This document shows positions 32,685 to 43,400 of a stretch of DNA of 64,000 bases, one piece after another. The DNA comes from Cyanidioschyzon merolae (lineage: Eukaryota), in assembly GCA_000091205.1 (NCBI GenBank), contig AP006502.2; one strand, written 5' to 3'. The stretch's first letter is position 1, and each line of letters begins with the position of its first letter. The notes under the pieces were generated by a model. The model did no database searches. It was not told the origin of the DNA and saw nothing but the letters and a program-made list of their open reading frames with translations. Made by a program: the position numbers and the translations under genes.

Positions 32685-35201
32685 GTGCGTTGCATCCAAA
32701 GGCTAGCTATTCAAAGACTTGCGAGTATGGGCTTTGTCTCGGGACGTGCGCACAACGGCCGTGCGCTTTCCGGAAGCACGAAGCCAAATGACACAACGTG
32801 CTCTTGCTGTAGGGTCAGTGCCCTCTGGCGAGCAGGTCCAGGCCACAGACTTGCGAGGCGCAGTGCTATCGAGCGCGCGCTGCCACGGCCAGGAGTAGCT
32901 AGGCCTAGAGCCCGTTCAAAGGGAGCAGCACTTGAGGTGCAACTGCGCACTCCAGGTAGAGCGCCGTCACCCAGCGAGACCTTGGAACCTGACTCGAGTG
33001 TCTCGGAAAGGAACCGAGACGCCGGCGCGCTCCCAGCGCTAGACGAAACACAGCGTCAGGCTGCTTACCGGAAGCTGCGCGATCCTTGGTTCTATCCAAA
33101 AGGTACGCTGATGCGCACTTTCGGCTGGGCTTCTGTTCCGTCCATATGGGAAACACTTGCCGAAGCGTACAGCGAGATCACGGCTCTCATCGACGAGCAT
33201 AATCCATACCGCCAGAAGATAAGCTGGACGTATGCGGAGGTTCACGAGGAAATCCGAGAGTTGGCTGCAGGTCTTCGCCACCACGGCCTAACGAACCTGC
33301 AACCGGGAGACATCGTTGCACTTTTCAGTGAGAATAGCGCACGCTGGCTCATAACCGATCAGGCGCTCATGTGGAATGGTGCGGCGTCGGCAGTGCGCGG
33401 GACTGCTGCACCGCTCGATGAACTCGCCTATATTCTCGAGCACAGTGATGCTTGCGGGCTTGTCGTTGATACGCCCACCGTATTGGAAAAACTCATTCGA
33501 AACGAACAGGCCACTCGCTGCCTGGCGAAACAGGTGCGATTTATCATGGTATTATGGAATAGAAAAGGTGCAATCGCGGAACCTATTCGTTCAGCGGTCG
33601 GGTCGGTTCCAATCTATACCTACGAGGAGGTCACGGAGACCGGGCGAGCGAAAGTGCGAGATGCCCTGAACCGTACGTCGAGATCGCCCGCAGACGCTGA
33701 AATGGAGCGGGCGCTTTGGCGTCCCATCGCAGAACGTGAGATGTTAGCGACGCTGGTGTATACCTCGGGAACGACGGGCCAACCAAAGGGCGCTATGTTG
33801 ACCCATCGCAACCTGCTCCACCAAATCATGGCCAATTCTTTCTCCAGGGCATGGCGACCGCTGCTACCGTCGCAGGACGCATCCGCTGGAGACGTCATGG
33901 TGAATATTCTACCCTGCTGGCACATTTTCGAAAGAATCGGAGAACTTTACGCCCTGAGCCGCGGCGTCTCCATGGTATACAGCAAATTGTTGCACTTCAA
34001 AGAGGATCTCGCACGTCACCGACCCCATCTCCTTGTTGGGGTACCACGTCTTTACGAGAGCATTTATCAGGGAATCAAGTCGCAGCTGATGAAGCAGGGT
34101 CGATTCCGACGTGCACTGATCTTTGGCCTCTTGGGCATCAGCACTCGGTTTGTGCAGTGGCGGCGGATTCGAGACGGGGCCCTTTTTGATCGCCACGTCT
34201 CGACGCTGGAGCGCATATATGCAGGACTTTGGACGTTGCTGCTGTGGCCGTTGCATATGCTCGCAAACCTCATCGCATGGCGTCAACTGCGGCGTATGGC
34301 GCTCGGCGGGCGCGTGCGTACCCTAGTGAGTGGAGGTGGCTCCCTTGCCATGTTTCTGGATGACTTTTTCGAGGCTATCGGCGTGTTGCTAATCGTGGGT
34401 TACGGGCTCACAGAGACGAGTCCGGTTCTAGCCAATCGACTTCGAGAGCACAACATTCGCGGGACGACGGGGCTAGTGGTGCCCGGCACACAAGTCAAAA
34501 TCGTGGATCCTGAAACGCGTCAGACCCTGCCACCGGGTCAGACTGGTATCATCTGTGCCCGGGGAGAGCAGATTTTCCAAGGCTACTACAAGGACCCTGC
34601 GGCTACTGCGCGCGTCATTGACAGTGAAGGATACTTTGATACTGGCGACCTAGGGTTCTTTTCGCAGTACACCGGTGATCTGGTGATTGCCGGCCGACTG
34701 AAAGACGTTATCGTGTTGAACAATGGCGAGAATATCGAGCCGACGCCCATTGAAGACGCGATGCTTGGTTCCGACTATATTGATCAGGTGATGCTCGTGG
34801 GCCAGGACCAACGGGCGCTCGGTGCTTTGATCGTGCCTAACCTGGAAGCACTGGCGGTGGACGGCCTTGTCTCCGCGGAGACACGTGAGCGAATTCAGTC
34901 ACTGCAGCGACAACGTGCTAGCTGCGAACGTGCGGAGGCCGCGGCGCTAGACGCTGCGCTCGCTCGCGAGGCTGCAGCCATGGAGCAGGATCCACGTCTC
35001 AGGGAAGCGCTGCAACGAGAAATCACGAGTCGGGTGGAGGCTCGGAAAAACTACCTTGCGATTGAGCGGGTGTCACGTTTCCGGATTCTATTGACTCCAT
35101 TTACTGTTGACGACGGGACCCTGACGCAAACGCTCAAAGTACGACGCAATGTGGTAGCAGAGCGCTATGCTGAGCTCATTCGTGCCATGTACGAGTCTTG
35201 A
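32685..35201 (+). CDS. Long-chain fatty-acid--CoA ligase (AMP-binding superfamily). The Arg-rich N-terminal extension may be a targeting sequence, or the true start may be downstream.
   Basis: LVYTSGTTGQPKGAMLTHRNLL (AMP-binding motif I), GYGLTETSP, DSEGYFDTGDLG, and C-terminal LKVRRNVVAERYAELI typical of LACS. Confidence 0.8.
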   Translation: MRCIQRLAIQRLASMGFVSGRAHNGRALSGSTKPNDTTCSCCRVSALWRAGPGHRLARRSAIERALPRPGVARPRARSKGAALEVQLRTPGRAPSPSETLEPDSSVSERNRDAGALPALDETQRQAAYRKLRDPWFYPKGTLMRTFGWASVPSIWETLAEAYSEITALIDEHNPYRQKISWTYAEVHEEIRELAAGLRHHGLTNLQPGDIVALFSENSARWLITDQALMWNGAASAVRGTAAPLDELAYILEHSDACGLVVDTPTVLEKLIRNEQATRCLAKQVRFIMVLWNRKGAIAEPIRSAVGSVPIYTYEEVTETGRAKVRDALNRTSRSPADAEMERALWRPIAEREMLATLVYTSGTTGQPKGAMLTHRNLLHQIMANSFSRAWRPLLPSQDASAGDVMVNILPCWHIFERIGELYALSRGVSMVYSKLLHFKEDLARHRPHLLVGVPRLYESIYQGIKSQLMKQGRFRRALIFGLLGISTRFVQWRRIRDGALFDRHVSTLERIYAGLWTLLLWPLHMLANLIAWRQLRRMALGGRVRTLVSGGGSLAMFLDDFFEAIGVLLIVGYGLTETSPVLANRLREHNIRGTTGLVVPGTQVKIVDPETRQTLPPGQTGIICARGEQIFQGYYKDPAATARVIDSEGYFDTGDLGFFSQYTGDLVIAGRLKDVIVLNNGENIEPTPIEDAMLGSDYIDQVMLVGQDQRALGALIVPNLEALAVDGLVSAETRERIQSLQRQRASCERAEAAALDAALAREAAAMEQDPRLREALQREITSRVEARKNYLAIERVSRFRILLTPFTVDDGTLTQTLKVRRNVVAERYAELIRAMYES

Positions 35202-35576
35202 GGCGTGCGCGCTGGCGCTTCAACGGAAATGTGCAGTTCTACCGCAACCGTGAGCTGCATGATCCGGTTGCGCTCTTCAGTCAGTCTGCGTGCACGAGCG
35301 CTGCTGTGCTGTTTTGGCGCACAACAGCAACCTCTTCATCGCACCTGGAGAATACTTCGTCGATGAATAGCATCTCCATGCGTGAGCGTTCTATATCAGC
35401 GCTGTAGCATTCACCGCTTTTACTGAGAAATTCGCCGGCACCCGGGCACACAGCAACGCACCGGACCTGTCATATCATGCTCTGCCCCGAGGCGTCGCTC
35501 GTCACACACACACACATCCAGGGTGTTCCTTGTCCAGGCCTCACTTGAATAGGAGAATCAGCAGCGTATTCGCCTC

Positions 35577-36809
35577 TTATGCCAAGGAATTGCGCATGCA
35601 TGCATCGGCCAGCTCCTCGTACATGCCTTTTCGGAGCGGATCGACCATTGGGAGCTCTTCCCCGAGGATACGCGCCGCTTCCTTGTGCTGTCCGAGGTTC
35701 ATGAGGTGCCGAGCTTTGGCCTCTAACGCCCACCTCGCTGTAGGTTCAAGTTCTAGCAAAGCGTCCAGGAGATCGAGTTCCTTCTCCAGATAATGACGAT
35801 GATCGTGAGCTTGATTTTGCGTGTGGGATGCCTGGTCGAGTTGTCGGTGCTGCTGCAGCTGCTCCATGCACCAGTGATAGTAAAACCAAACAGACTGATC
35901 GTTCGGTTCCGTATACATGACCTGATGAAGGGCATCGAGCTCTTCCAGCCAGTCAAAGTCTTGCGGTGCTTCCTTAACCGCTATGCTGCGATAATGATAA
36001 GCCGTGTAATTACAGCTGTTTTGATCCAGGACTGTGCGCGTGATGTGCAGCAGGCGCTTCCCCGCTGCTGCGCCCGCTACAGGTGCACCGCCTTCCCCGC
36101 ACGACGACGATGACGACGACAAATCGAGGCCGATGCCCTTTGTCAGCGTCAGCACTTCGACCAAGTGGCGCCACCCGAGAAAGTTGCGATCATCCAGAGC
36201 GAGCAACTGTTTGCAAAGCGCCTCTTCTCTGGCGAGGTAGACCTGAGCCAGGTCCAGCGGTACTATCCACGGTGGTCGCCACTGACAGTTTCCAAGTCCA
36301 GGTACCGCAGTGGATGTACTGTCGGGTGACAGTGGCAGTACTGCGCGTAAAAGCCACAGCCGGTGCGCCCACGTCGCGTATGACTTGGGGTTCTGCCGCA
36401 GTGCTGCCTCGGTGACGCGAAACTCGGCCTCAACTTGCTCCCGGAGCGCCGGCGGAGGCGATAAACCAGCATTTTCCGACGCTGTAGCAAGTTCCAGACG
36501 GTATCTCTCTACCAAGCAAGCTTTCCGCCGGTTCCACAGCGAGTACTCCTCCGGGTTACGTAAAAGCACGGGTTCCGAGCGCTTGAGAAAGCACTCTCGC
36601 GATAGAGCGTAACGCTGTTGCAAAACTTGCCGAGCCTCAGCACTCCATTGTTCATAACGTTGTGCCTGCTCAATCGTTTGGTTCCAGGTTCGACGGACTC
36701 CGTGCATTGACCCGCACCGTGTAGCCTGGCAAGCGCTGTTTATAAGCCTCGAGCCGCTGCTGCACACCAGCACTGGCGCTCGGCGACTCTGTACGAAGAG
36801 GTCGGTCAA
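35577..36809 (-). CDS. Protein prenyltransferase alpha-subunit-like repeat protein (FTase/GGTase alpha family)
   Basis: Multiple PPTA-type repeats: NPEEYSLWNRRKACL, NPKSYATWAHRLWLL, RNFLGWRHLVEV, NCNYTAYHYRSIAV and QSVWFYYHW. It also carries a poly-Asp/Ser insertion. Confidence 0.5.
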   Translation of the reverse strand: MTDLFVQSRRAPVLVCSSGSRLINSACQATRCGSMHGVRRTWNQTIEQAQRYEQWSAEARQVLQQRYALSRECFLKRSEPVLLRNPEEYSLWNRRKACLVERYRLELATASENAGLSPPPALREQVEAEFRVTEAALRQNPKSYATWAHRLWLLRAVLPLSPDSTSTAVPGLGNCQWRPPWIVPLDLAQVYLAREEALCKQLLALDDRNFLGWRHLVEVLTLTKGIGLDLSSSSSSCGEGGAPVAGAAAGKRLLHITRTVLDQNSCNYTAYHYRSIAVKEAPQDFDWLEELDALHQVMYTEPNDQSVWFYYHWCMEQLQQHRQLDQASHTQNQAHDHRHYLEKELDLLDALLELEPTARWALEAKARHLMNLGQHKEAARILGEELPMVDPLRKGMYEELADACMRNSLA

Positions 36810-37257
36810 CTGTGCAGACGCCCACGAAAAAGATCAATTAAACGCTCATGAAACGTAAACGCGTTTGTGCTATAGACCTAGAATCCTCGACCAGAGTTGC
36901 TGGCCAAAGCACCTGCCCGTTCCTGGGACTTCAAGTCCACTCCGTAGAGCAGGTAGCGCTCAGTTTCGCAGATAGCGGACAGGTACGAACTGGCAGCGGA
37001 CGGCTGCGCGCACCGAACACGCTCGCGTGGCTGGCACCCGCTGAGCAGGTTGTGCTTTCACGACTACGGGAGACTCGGGATAGGGCCCTTTTCTGATAGT
37101 GGTGTGGCTGCTTCTTGGGTAGCTGTGCACTCTTACACAGAAAGAAGATAATTTTTCGCACCACCTGGCGGCTTTACGGCAACAGCACCAAGCTAACCGG
37201 TAGACCGGCCGCCGAGGGAACCCCAGTCAGCGCTGCGCTCTCGCGGCAGAACACAGC

Positions 37258-39918
37258 TTGGAGAGACCAGTTGCGGTTAGCGCAGCGACCAGGTCGGGAA
37301 TGGGCTCAGGCACCAACGAGGCGGGGTCAGGGCTTGATTCCATTCCGCCAGCGCCGGTTTTTTATCCTACGGAGGAAGAGTGGTCTGATCCGTTCAACTA
37401 TGTGCGTCGGATCCAGCGACAGGCGTCTCGCTACGGGATATGCAAGGTCGTTCCACCGGGGAGCTGGAACCCACCAAAGACGGGCTCCCCTGTGGTTCGC
37501 TTCCGAACGAAGCAGCAAAATATTCACCAACTGTTTCGTCGCCGAGGTCTCTATGAGCGTTTTATGACTTTTCTGCGGCAGTTCCATCGCGCACAAGGCG
37601 ACTGGGCGACATGTCGAGCCCAAGTGCCCCGAATAAAGGGCCGGATTGTCGACCTCATGTTGCTGTATCGCGCTGTCATTGGACACGGAGGCTATGAACA
37701 GGTGAATCGTTCCGGGTTATGGCGACGTATTGCCACTGTTGAACTCCGTATGATTTGGACAACGTCGATCAGCGCCAACACCAAGGCCCTCTATCACCGG
37801 TGGCTGTTGCCTCTGGAGCACCACGAGCGAAAACGTCGGGGTATGCGTGCTATGCAACGGGACCCGCTGGAGCTCGAATTCACGAAGTTCGCTTGCGACA
37901 CCGAGTGTGCCCAGTGCCTTGTCGAGCACATACGCGAAAACGATACATTATCTACCGGAAATGGACAGAAAAGTATGGGAAATTCGTATGCTCCAGCTGG
38001 GGCAACCACCGTGTGCACAGAAGCTGGATTTCCGTGCAACGCGGAACCATGCTCTACGGAATCGAAGTTGTGGCGCTGCATGCAGTGTGGGGATTCGTGG
38101 CATCCGAACTGCTACGCTCAGGCGATGTCTGATTATGGTACGTCCGCGACAGCGCCAAGTCGGATGGAAATCAACCCGACAATGTTCGTTTGTCCTCAGT
38201 GTGACGATGACCATCGATTTGGATACACCGAAGGGACGGTTTTTTCTTACAAAGAATACGTTCGCTTCGCACGAGACTTCAAAGCAGCTTGGTTCCGTAT
38301 CGGTAGCTCGGCGTCGATGAATGATTGCAAAACTCAGGGACCGACGGCCGAAGAGATCGAAGGTGAGTACTGGCGCCTTGTGGACACCGCTGAAGAGCGA
38401 TGCGAAGTGCTCTACGGGAGTGAGTTGGACGTGAATATCGTCGGTAGTGGGTTTCCGCGGCTCGGTTCAGTGACAACCGAGAAAATGAATGCGGACCAGC
38501 TTGCGCTCTGGGAGCAGTACGCGATGCACCCGTGGAATCTGAACATGCTACCGCTACTCGGGAGCTCTCTTCTGCGGGTGCTCTCGGCACGTTACTCGGG
38601 TATTACAGACCCATGGCTTTATGCGGGTATGGTGTTCGCAACTTTCTGCTATCACGCAGAGGACTCGGACATGTATTCGATCAATTACATGCACAGTGGA
38701 GAGGGAAAGGTCTGGTACGGATGTCCCGGTGGTGACGGCTGTCGCCAGTTCGAGAACGCCATGCGTGACACAGTTCCCGAACTCTTCGCCGCTATGCCAG
38801 ATCTGCTCTACAACATGATCACCATGGTGAATCCGGCGGTGCTTCGCGAAAAAGGGGCCCCAATGTGCCGAACTGTTCAAAGACCTGGCGAATTCGTCCT
38901 GACCTTTCCCCAAGCGTATCATGGGGGCTTCTCCTTGGGCGTGAACATCGCCGAGGCGGTGAACTTCGCGCTTACCGACTGGCTCCCGTACGGACGCCAA
39001 GCCATGGTACGTTATCGCGAAATGCGGCGTGAAGCACCGTTTGCGCAGGAGGAAATCATCTTCTCGGCACTGGAACGTCGCGACGTCTGGAGCACAATGG
39101 CCCCAGCGGAGCTTGAACGACTCTGTCAAGAGCTGCGCTATCTTATTCAGGAGGAGCTCGCGCTCCGCGAGGCCGCGGGTTGCTTTGGCGGCGTACCGGA
39201 GCGTCTCGCGGATCCGCGCGCCCCGACATACGTGTCGCACCAGGGTGGAAGCGATCGGGACACGTGTCCTTCTTGCCGCCAACCCTTCTTCCTAAGTGCT
39301 GTCCGTTGTGCATGCATGCCGGAACGTCGCACATGCGTGCGACACGCATTTGCCACTTGTGCGTGTCCTGCCGCTGCCAAAACTCTGCTGTATTTATATT
39401 CAGACGCTGAACTGAAGCGTTTGCTGTCTGATCCTTCTCAAGCTGTGTTGCTGGCAGAGCATCGCAAAACCAACGGGGAAACAGGAGCGAACCGAAAGCG
39501 CGTCCATAGTGCGTCACGAGCCGACCTCGACACACGTGAGCGGATCGCGAAACAGGCCGCTGGAGGCAGTCCACCCAAAGCCGTGTCTCTCGCCAACGGA
39601 GTGGATGGTGCGCCCTCTGTCGCGTGCAAGCGAATGCTTGGAAAGTATTCGGGGGAAAACGGGGTGGAATCTTCGATTCGACCAGAGATCAATCAGGCCT
39701 GCAGTGGAAACGACGGAAACCGGGCACTGGAGGCTACGCCCAGTGGCGTGCAATCCGAGTGGTGCACCTCGAACGCAACCAAATGCAGTCGCACGAAGAT
39801 GCATACGGAACTTTTGGCCAAAACGAGCCAGGTGGAGCAACCATGTCTGGTGAAGTTCATACCGGCTGCTGACGGCCAGGCACCGTCAATTCTACTTTTT
39901 CGCGTTCCGTCCGAATGA
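37258..39918 (+). CDS. JmjC-domain lysine demethylase, KDM5/JARID1-like (JmjN-ARID-PHD-JmjC-C5HC2 zinc finger)
   Basis: JmjN PVFYPTEEEWSDPFNYVRRIQRQASRYGICKVVPP. ARID-like block FMTFLRQFHRAQGDW...LYRAVIGHGGYEQV. JmjC YAGMVFATFCYHAEDSDMYSINYMHSGEGKVWYG ... FVLTFPQAYHGGFSLGVNIAEAVNF. C5HC2 CPSCRQPFFLSAVRCACMPERRTCVRHAFATCACP. Confidence 0.85.
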   Translation: MERPVAVSAATRSGMGSGTNEAGSGLDSIPPAPVFYPTEEEWSDPFNYVRRIQRQASRYGICKVVPPGSWNPPKTGSPVVRFRTKQQNIHQLFRRRGLYERFMTFLRQFHRAQGDWATCRAQVPRIKGRIVDLMLLYRAVIGHGGYEQVNRSGLWRRIATVELRMIWTTSISANTKALYHRWLLPLEHHERKRRGMRAMQRDPLELEFTKFACDTECAQCLVEHIRENDTLSTGNGQKSMGNSYAPAGATTVCTEAGFPCNAEPCSTESKLWRCMQCGDSWHPNCYAQAMSDYGTSATAPSRMEINPTMFVCPQCDDDHRFGYTEGTVFSYKEYVRFARDFKAAWFRIGSSASMNDCKTQGPTAEEIEGEYWRLVDTAEERCEVLYGSELDVNIVGSGFPRLGSVTTEKMNADQLALWEQYAMHPWNLNMLPLLGSSLLRVLSARYSGITDPWLYAGMVFATFCYHAEDSDMYSINYMHSGEGKVWYGCPGGDGCRQFENAMRDTVPELFAAMPDLLYNMITMVNPAVLREKGAPMCRTVQRPGEFVLTFPQAYHGGFSLGVNIAEAVNFALTDWLPYGRQAMVRYREMRREAPFAQEEIIFSALERRDVWSTMAPAELERLCQELRYLIQEELALREAAGCFGGVPERLADPRAPTYVSHQGGSDRDTCPSCRQPFFLSAVRCACMPERRTCVRHAFATCACPAAAKTLLYLYSDAELKRLLSDPSQAVLLAEHRKTNGETGANRKRVHSASRADLDTRERIAKQAAGGSPPKAVSLANGVDGAPSVACKRMLGKYSGENGVESSIRPEINQACSGNDGNRALEATPSGVQSEWCTSNATKCSRTKMHTELLAKTSQVEQPCLVKFIPAADGQAPSILLFRVPSE

Positions 39919-40446
39919 GCTCCGGAGAAGCGCACGAGCCTAGCGGTCATCCAGCCTATGACGACACCAGTGCTCTGGTGCTAGAGGGAAACCCAGCGAA
40001 TGCGGCAAGTGATTCGCTTGCTGTATTCGAACTATGCTTACAGTGCTTGATGAAAGTTAAAGAATGGTCAATGACGGGCAAGAGGATGATGCGATACGTG
40101 CGCATTCGCAACCTCCGTCTCTCCACGGGAGAGATCGCGCCCACGTGCCTTGTTATTCACGGGAAATGTTGAGGCGCTCTCGGCTCGCGTGCCGATGTTT
40201 CCCTGGTTCTGAACAAAACTGAGCCTGATCCTCTGGGCACTCTAACGCGACTCGGCCGGTCGCGCTCGATAGGAAGCCATTTTGAACATACAGCACGTGC
40301 CGCGTCTCTAAACTGGGACTCGAAGCGCTCTCCACGCTTCGGACAACTGCGCTCGCTCTCTGGACTAGTGGAAGATGAGGTGCAAGTTAGGGACCTGCGG
40401 AAACTGCTTTTAAGGCCAGTGTGTACTGAAATCTCGCTTTTTATCA

Positions 40447-43400
40447 ATGTTTGCAGTTTGCTGGTACTCACTTCCGCGGCCGCCGCTGACAAACGGTCCA
40501 CCCGAGCGCGTACCGGTTTCCGCCTGGCAGAACGCGCGCCTGACGCGCACTCGATCAGGCAGAAGAGTCTGGTTCTCGGTCTCTACCGGCTGCAACGATA
40601 CTCGTTACACGAACCTGTGCGAATGGATGGGTTCAGAAGCGCTCGCTGCTAAGATATATGCAAAGCAGCGAAAGCTCGTGGAAGCTAGATTGAAGTCCGC
40701 GGCTTTCTGCTCTTTTGGACGACAAAATCGGAGCAGTTTTCGCCTCTGGCTACTGCTCCCGACACGCCCGCGCATCAGTTGCGGTAGCGAACGCGTTCGC
40801 GAACTTTGTTTGGTCTCGTCATTCTCCTTTCGACTTTGTTGTTGCTTTATGGCTAGCGTGAGAAGTTCTCATGGTTGCTGTGAACGCTCTCGGAAGGTGC
40901 CTTTGACTTGGGGCACTCCGTGGGCCGGCCGCTTACTGCTCTCGCTTGCTGTGCTTCGCACTGCATCACGCGCACGGCGGTGCGTACGTGGACCGGAGCT
41001 TTCGGTCGTGAGACTCCTTTTATCGACGACAAGCAAGCAGCGTGGGCGAGTTCGCCAGTCAGGTGCCAGGTGGCGATCTACGTCGTGCGGTGGGAGCCAG
41101 TCGGGTTTCTGCTCTCTCGCCGACGTGAAGACTCGACCGAGCCCACCAGCGGTCCGCTGCCTCGCACAAGGTCCTGAAGCGGCGTCGGCTTCAGCTCAGT
41201 GGTCCGTTCCAGCAAACTCGAGGACTGGTCCATGGACGCAAACAACTGGAATCGAGCATGCCAACAAGAACGCTTCACCTGCACACGAAGCGGGAGTCAT
41301 GGCATCGGATGCGCAGGATCAGTGGCTTCCGACGCTCTTTCTGGTGGATGCACTGAGCATCGTGTATCGTTCCTATTACGCATTCCAGAAGAATCCGCTA
41401 TACAGCAGTAGTGGCATCAATACCTCTGCGATTTACGGTTTCATTCAGACGATTTTGCTGCTGCTGCAAAAGTACAATCCGGAAGCGCTGGCCGTCGTCT
41501 TCGACAGCCATACGACAGAGCCAGGGCCGGGGAGTTTTCGGCAGTTACTGTTTCCCAAATACAAGGCCAATCGGGAACGCATGCCGGATGGTGTTCGGGA
41601 TGCGTTGCCTTACGTGAAACGAGCTATCCACCAACTGGGGTTGCAAAGCTTTGAGCTCGAAAGCTTCGAGGCGGACGACGTGATTGGAACGCTGGCCGCA
41701 CTGGCCAATCACAACGGCTATCGAGTCGTTATTGTTTCGAATGATAAGGATTTCAAACAGCTCATCAAAGCGGGATGGGTGCGCCTTCTACGTCCGACAC
41801 GCAGTAGTGGGTCTGGTGGTTTTGACGAAGTCACCGAAGCAGACCTTGCCGCCGAGTGCGGGACATCGATTCGACCACAGCAGTATCCTGATGTGCTGGC
41901 GCTCGCCGGAGATGCAGTTGACAATATCCCCGGTGTGCCTGGAATTGGGATAAAAACTGCGGCACGCCTTATTCGACAATTTTCGAGTATCGAGGACCTT
42001 ATCTGTAACCTGGACGCTATCGAACCGCCGCGCATCCAAGAAAAAATCATCTCCAAAGCGGATGAGTTGCTCAGGAACAAGGTGCTCGCCAAAATCCACC
42101 AGAATGTGCCGCTCGAAAAGCTTCAGTCAGAGCGGAGCCCTTCAGCGGACGCAGGAAATGAGCTGGTGACTGATGCCCCTGCTTATGACGCAATGTGGAT
42201 CGCGAGTTGTCGACGAGGTCCGTGGCAGCTCAATGCGCTGCTCACGCTGCTCCGTGAGCTCGACATGGAGGCGCTTTCCCGACGAATTCAGTATCTGGCG
42301 AGATCCCTGGGGCAGAGCGACCACGAAAAACGAACGAGCGCCTCTGCTCGTGATTCGCTAGAGACTGGCTTTATGGCAGCACCGCGCGAGCGTCTGGACA
42401 GTCCGCTTGCGAACGATGAGGTCATTAACCAGCCGCTTGCATCCGAACAAGAGATACCGCCTGATTCACAGCACAACAACCTTCATGATCACGTGGACGA
42501 TAGGCTGCAGCCTGCAGCAGGGCCCGCTAGGGATGTACCGTTCACGTCAGTCACCGACGATTCTGCTACTGCTGTGCCTGGTAGCGCACAAGAGTCAACG
42601 CGGAGCACGAGCGCCCAGTCTGCTGAACTGAGGCCGAATTCGGCGTCGGTGCCAGCAAACTGGTCAGCGGATGAGCTATCCATGTACCTGGGGGCGCCCC
42701 TGCGGTACCAGATCATGGAAGCAGACGCCCTCTTACATTTCTTGGACGGGAGCGGGACCCACGAGCCCATCGGTCTGTTCATGGCGCATGTGATGCCTGA
42801 AACGCGGCGTCGCCCGCGTCATCGTACGAAGGAAGCGGCAGCAGCGCCTGCAGATGCCGTCAACACTGTTCGCCTGTCACCGAACAGCGCTGACGCGACA
42901 ACAACAACAACAACTACTACTACTACTAATACGCATACGACAGCAGCAACAGCAGCAGTAGCAGAGCACCCGCTAATTCTCATGGGCATCGCCACCGACC
43001 AGGGCAATGCAGCTGGGGCAGTGCTGCCAGCGACCGCGCCCTGGCTAGATACCTGGTTGCGGCAACTGCGGGAGCGTCTCGATCAGGCCCATCAGCGTCA
43101 TGTCGGTTTCGATCTGAAGCACGTTCTTCGGTTCCTACTAGCCCGCGACGATGTCCGCGCCGACGGCGTCTGGATCGATCCAGCGGTCGCGCATGCTCTG
43201 TTGTATCCGGAGGAGGCGTTCGAACGCCCGGAGCTGCTCGCGAAACGATACCTTGGTGACTTGGGCGTTGCGCTCTGGAATCGCTACGTCGAAGCACCGC
43301 TGACTAGTGCATCGACGTCTGAGACAAGAACAGAGGCGTTAGCTCTGGCAGCCGCATTCCAGGCTGACTTGGCGCGCCACATTTTCCACCGCCAGGTCAC

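Noticed and set aside
40447-41288. The first about 280 codons of the polymerase ORF as a separate gene
   Set aside because: They are in frame with the 5'-3' exonuclease domain and have no stop. The composition is Arg/Ser-rich and presequence-like. It is more likely an N-terminal extension or 5' leader than an independent protein, although the true start codon is uncertain.
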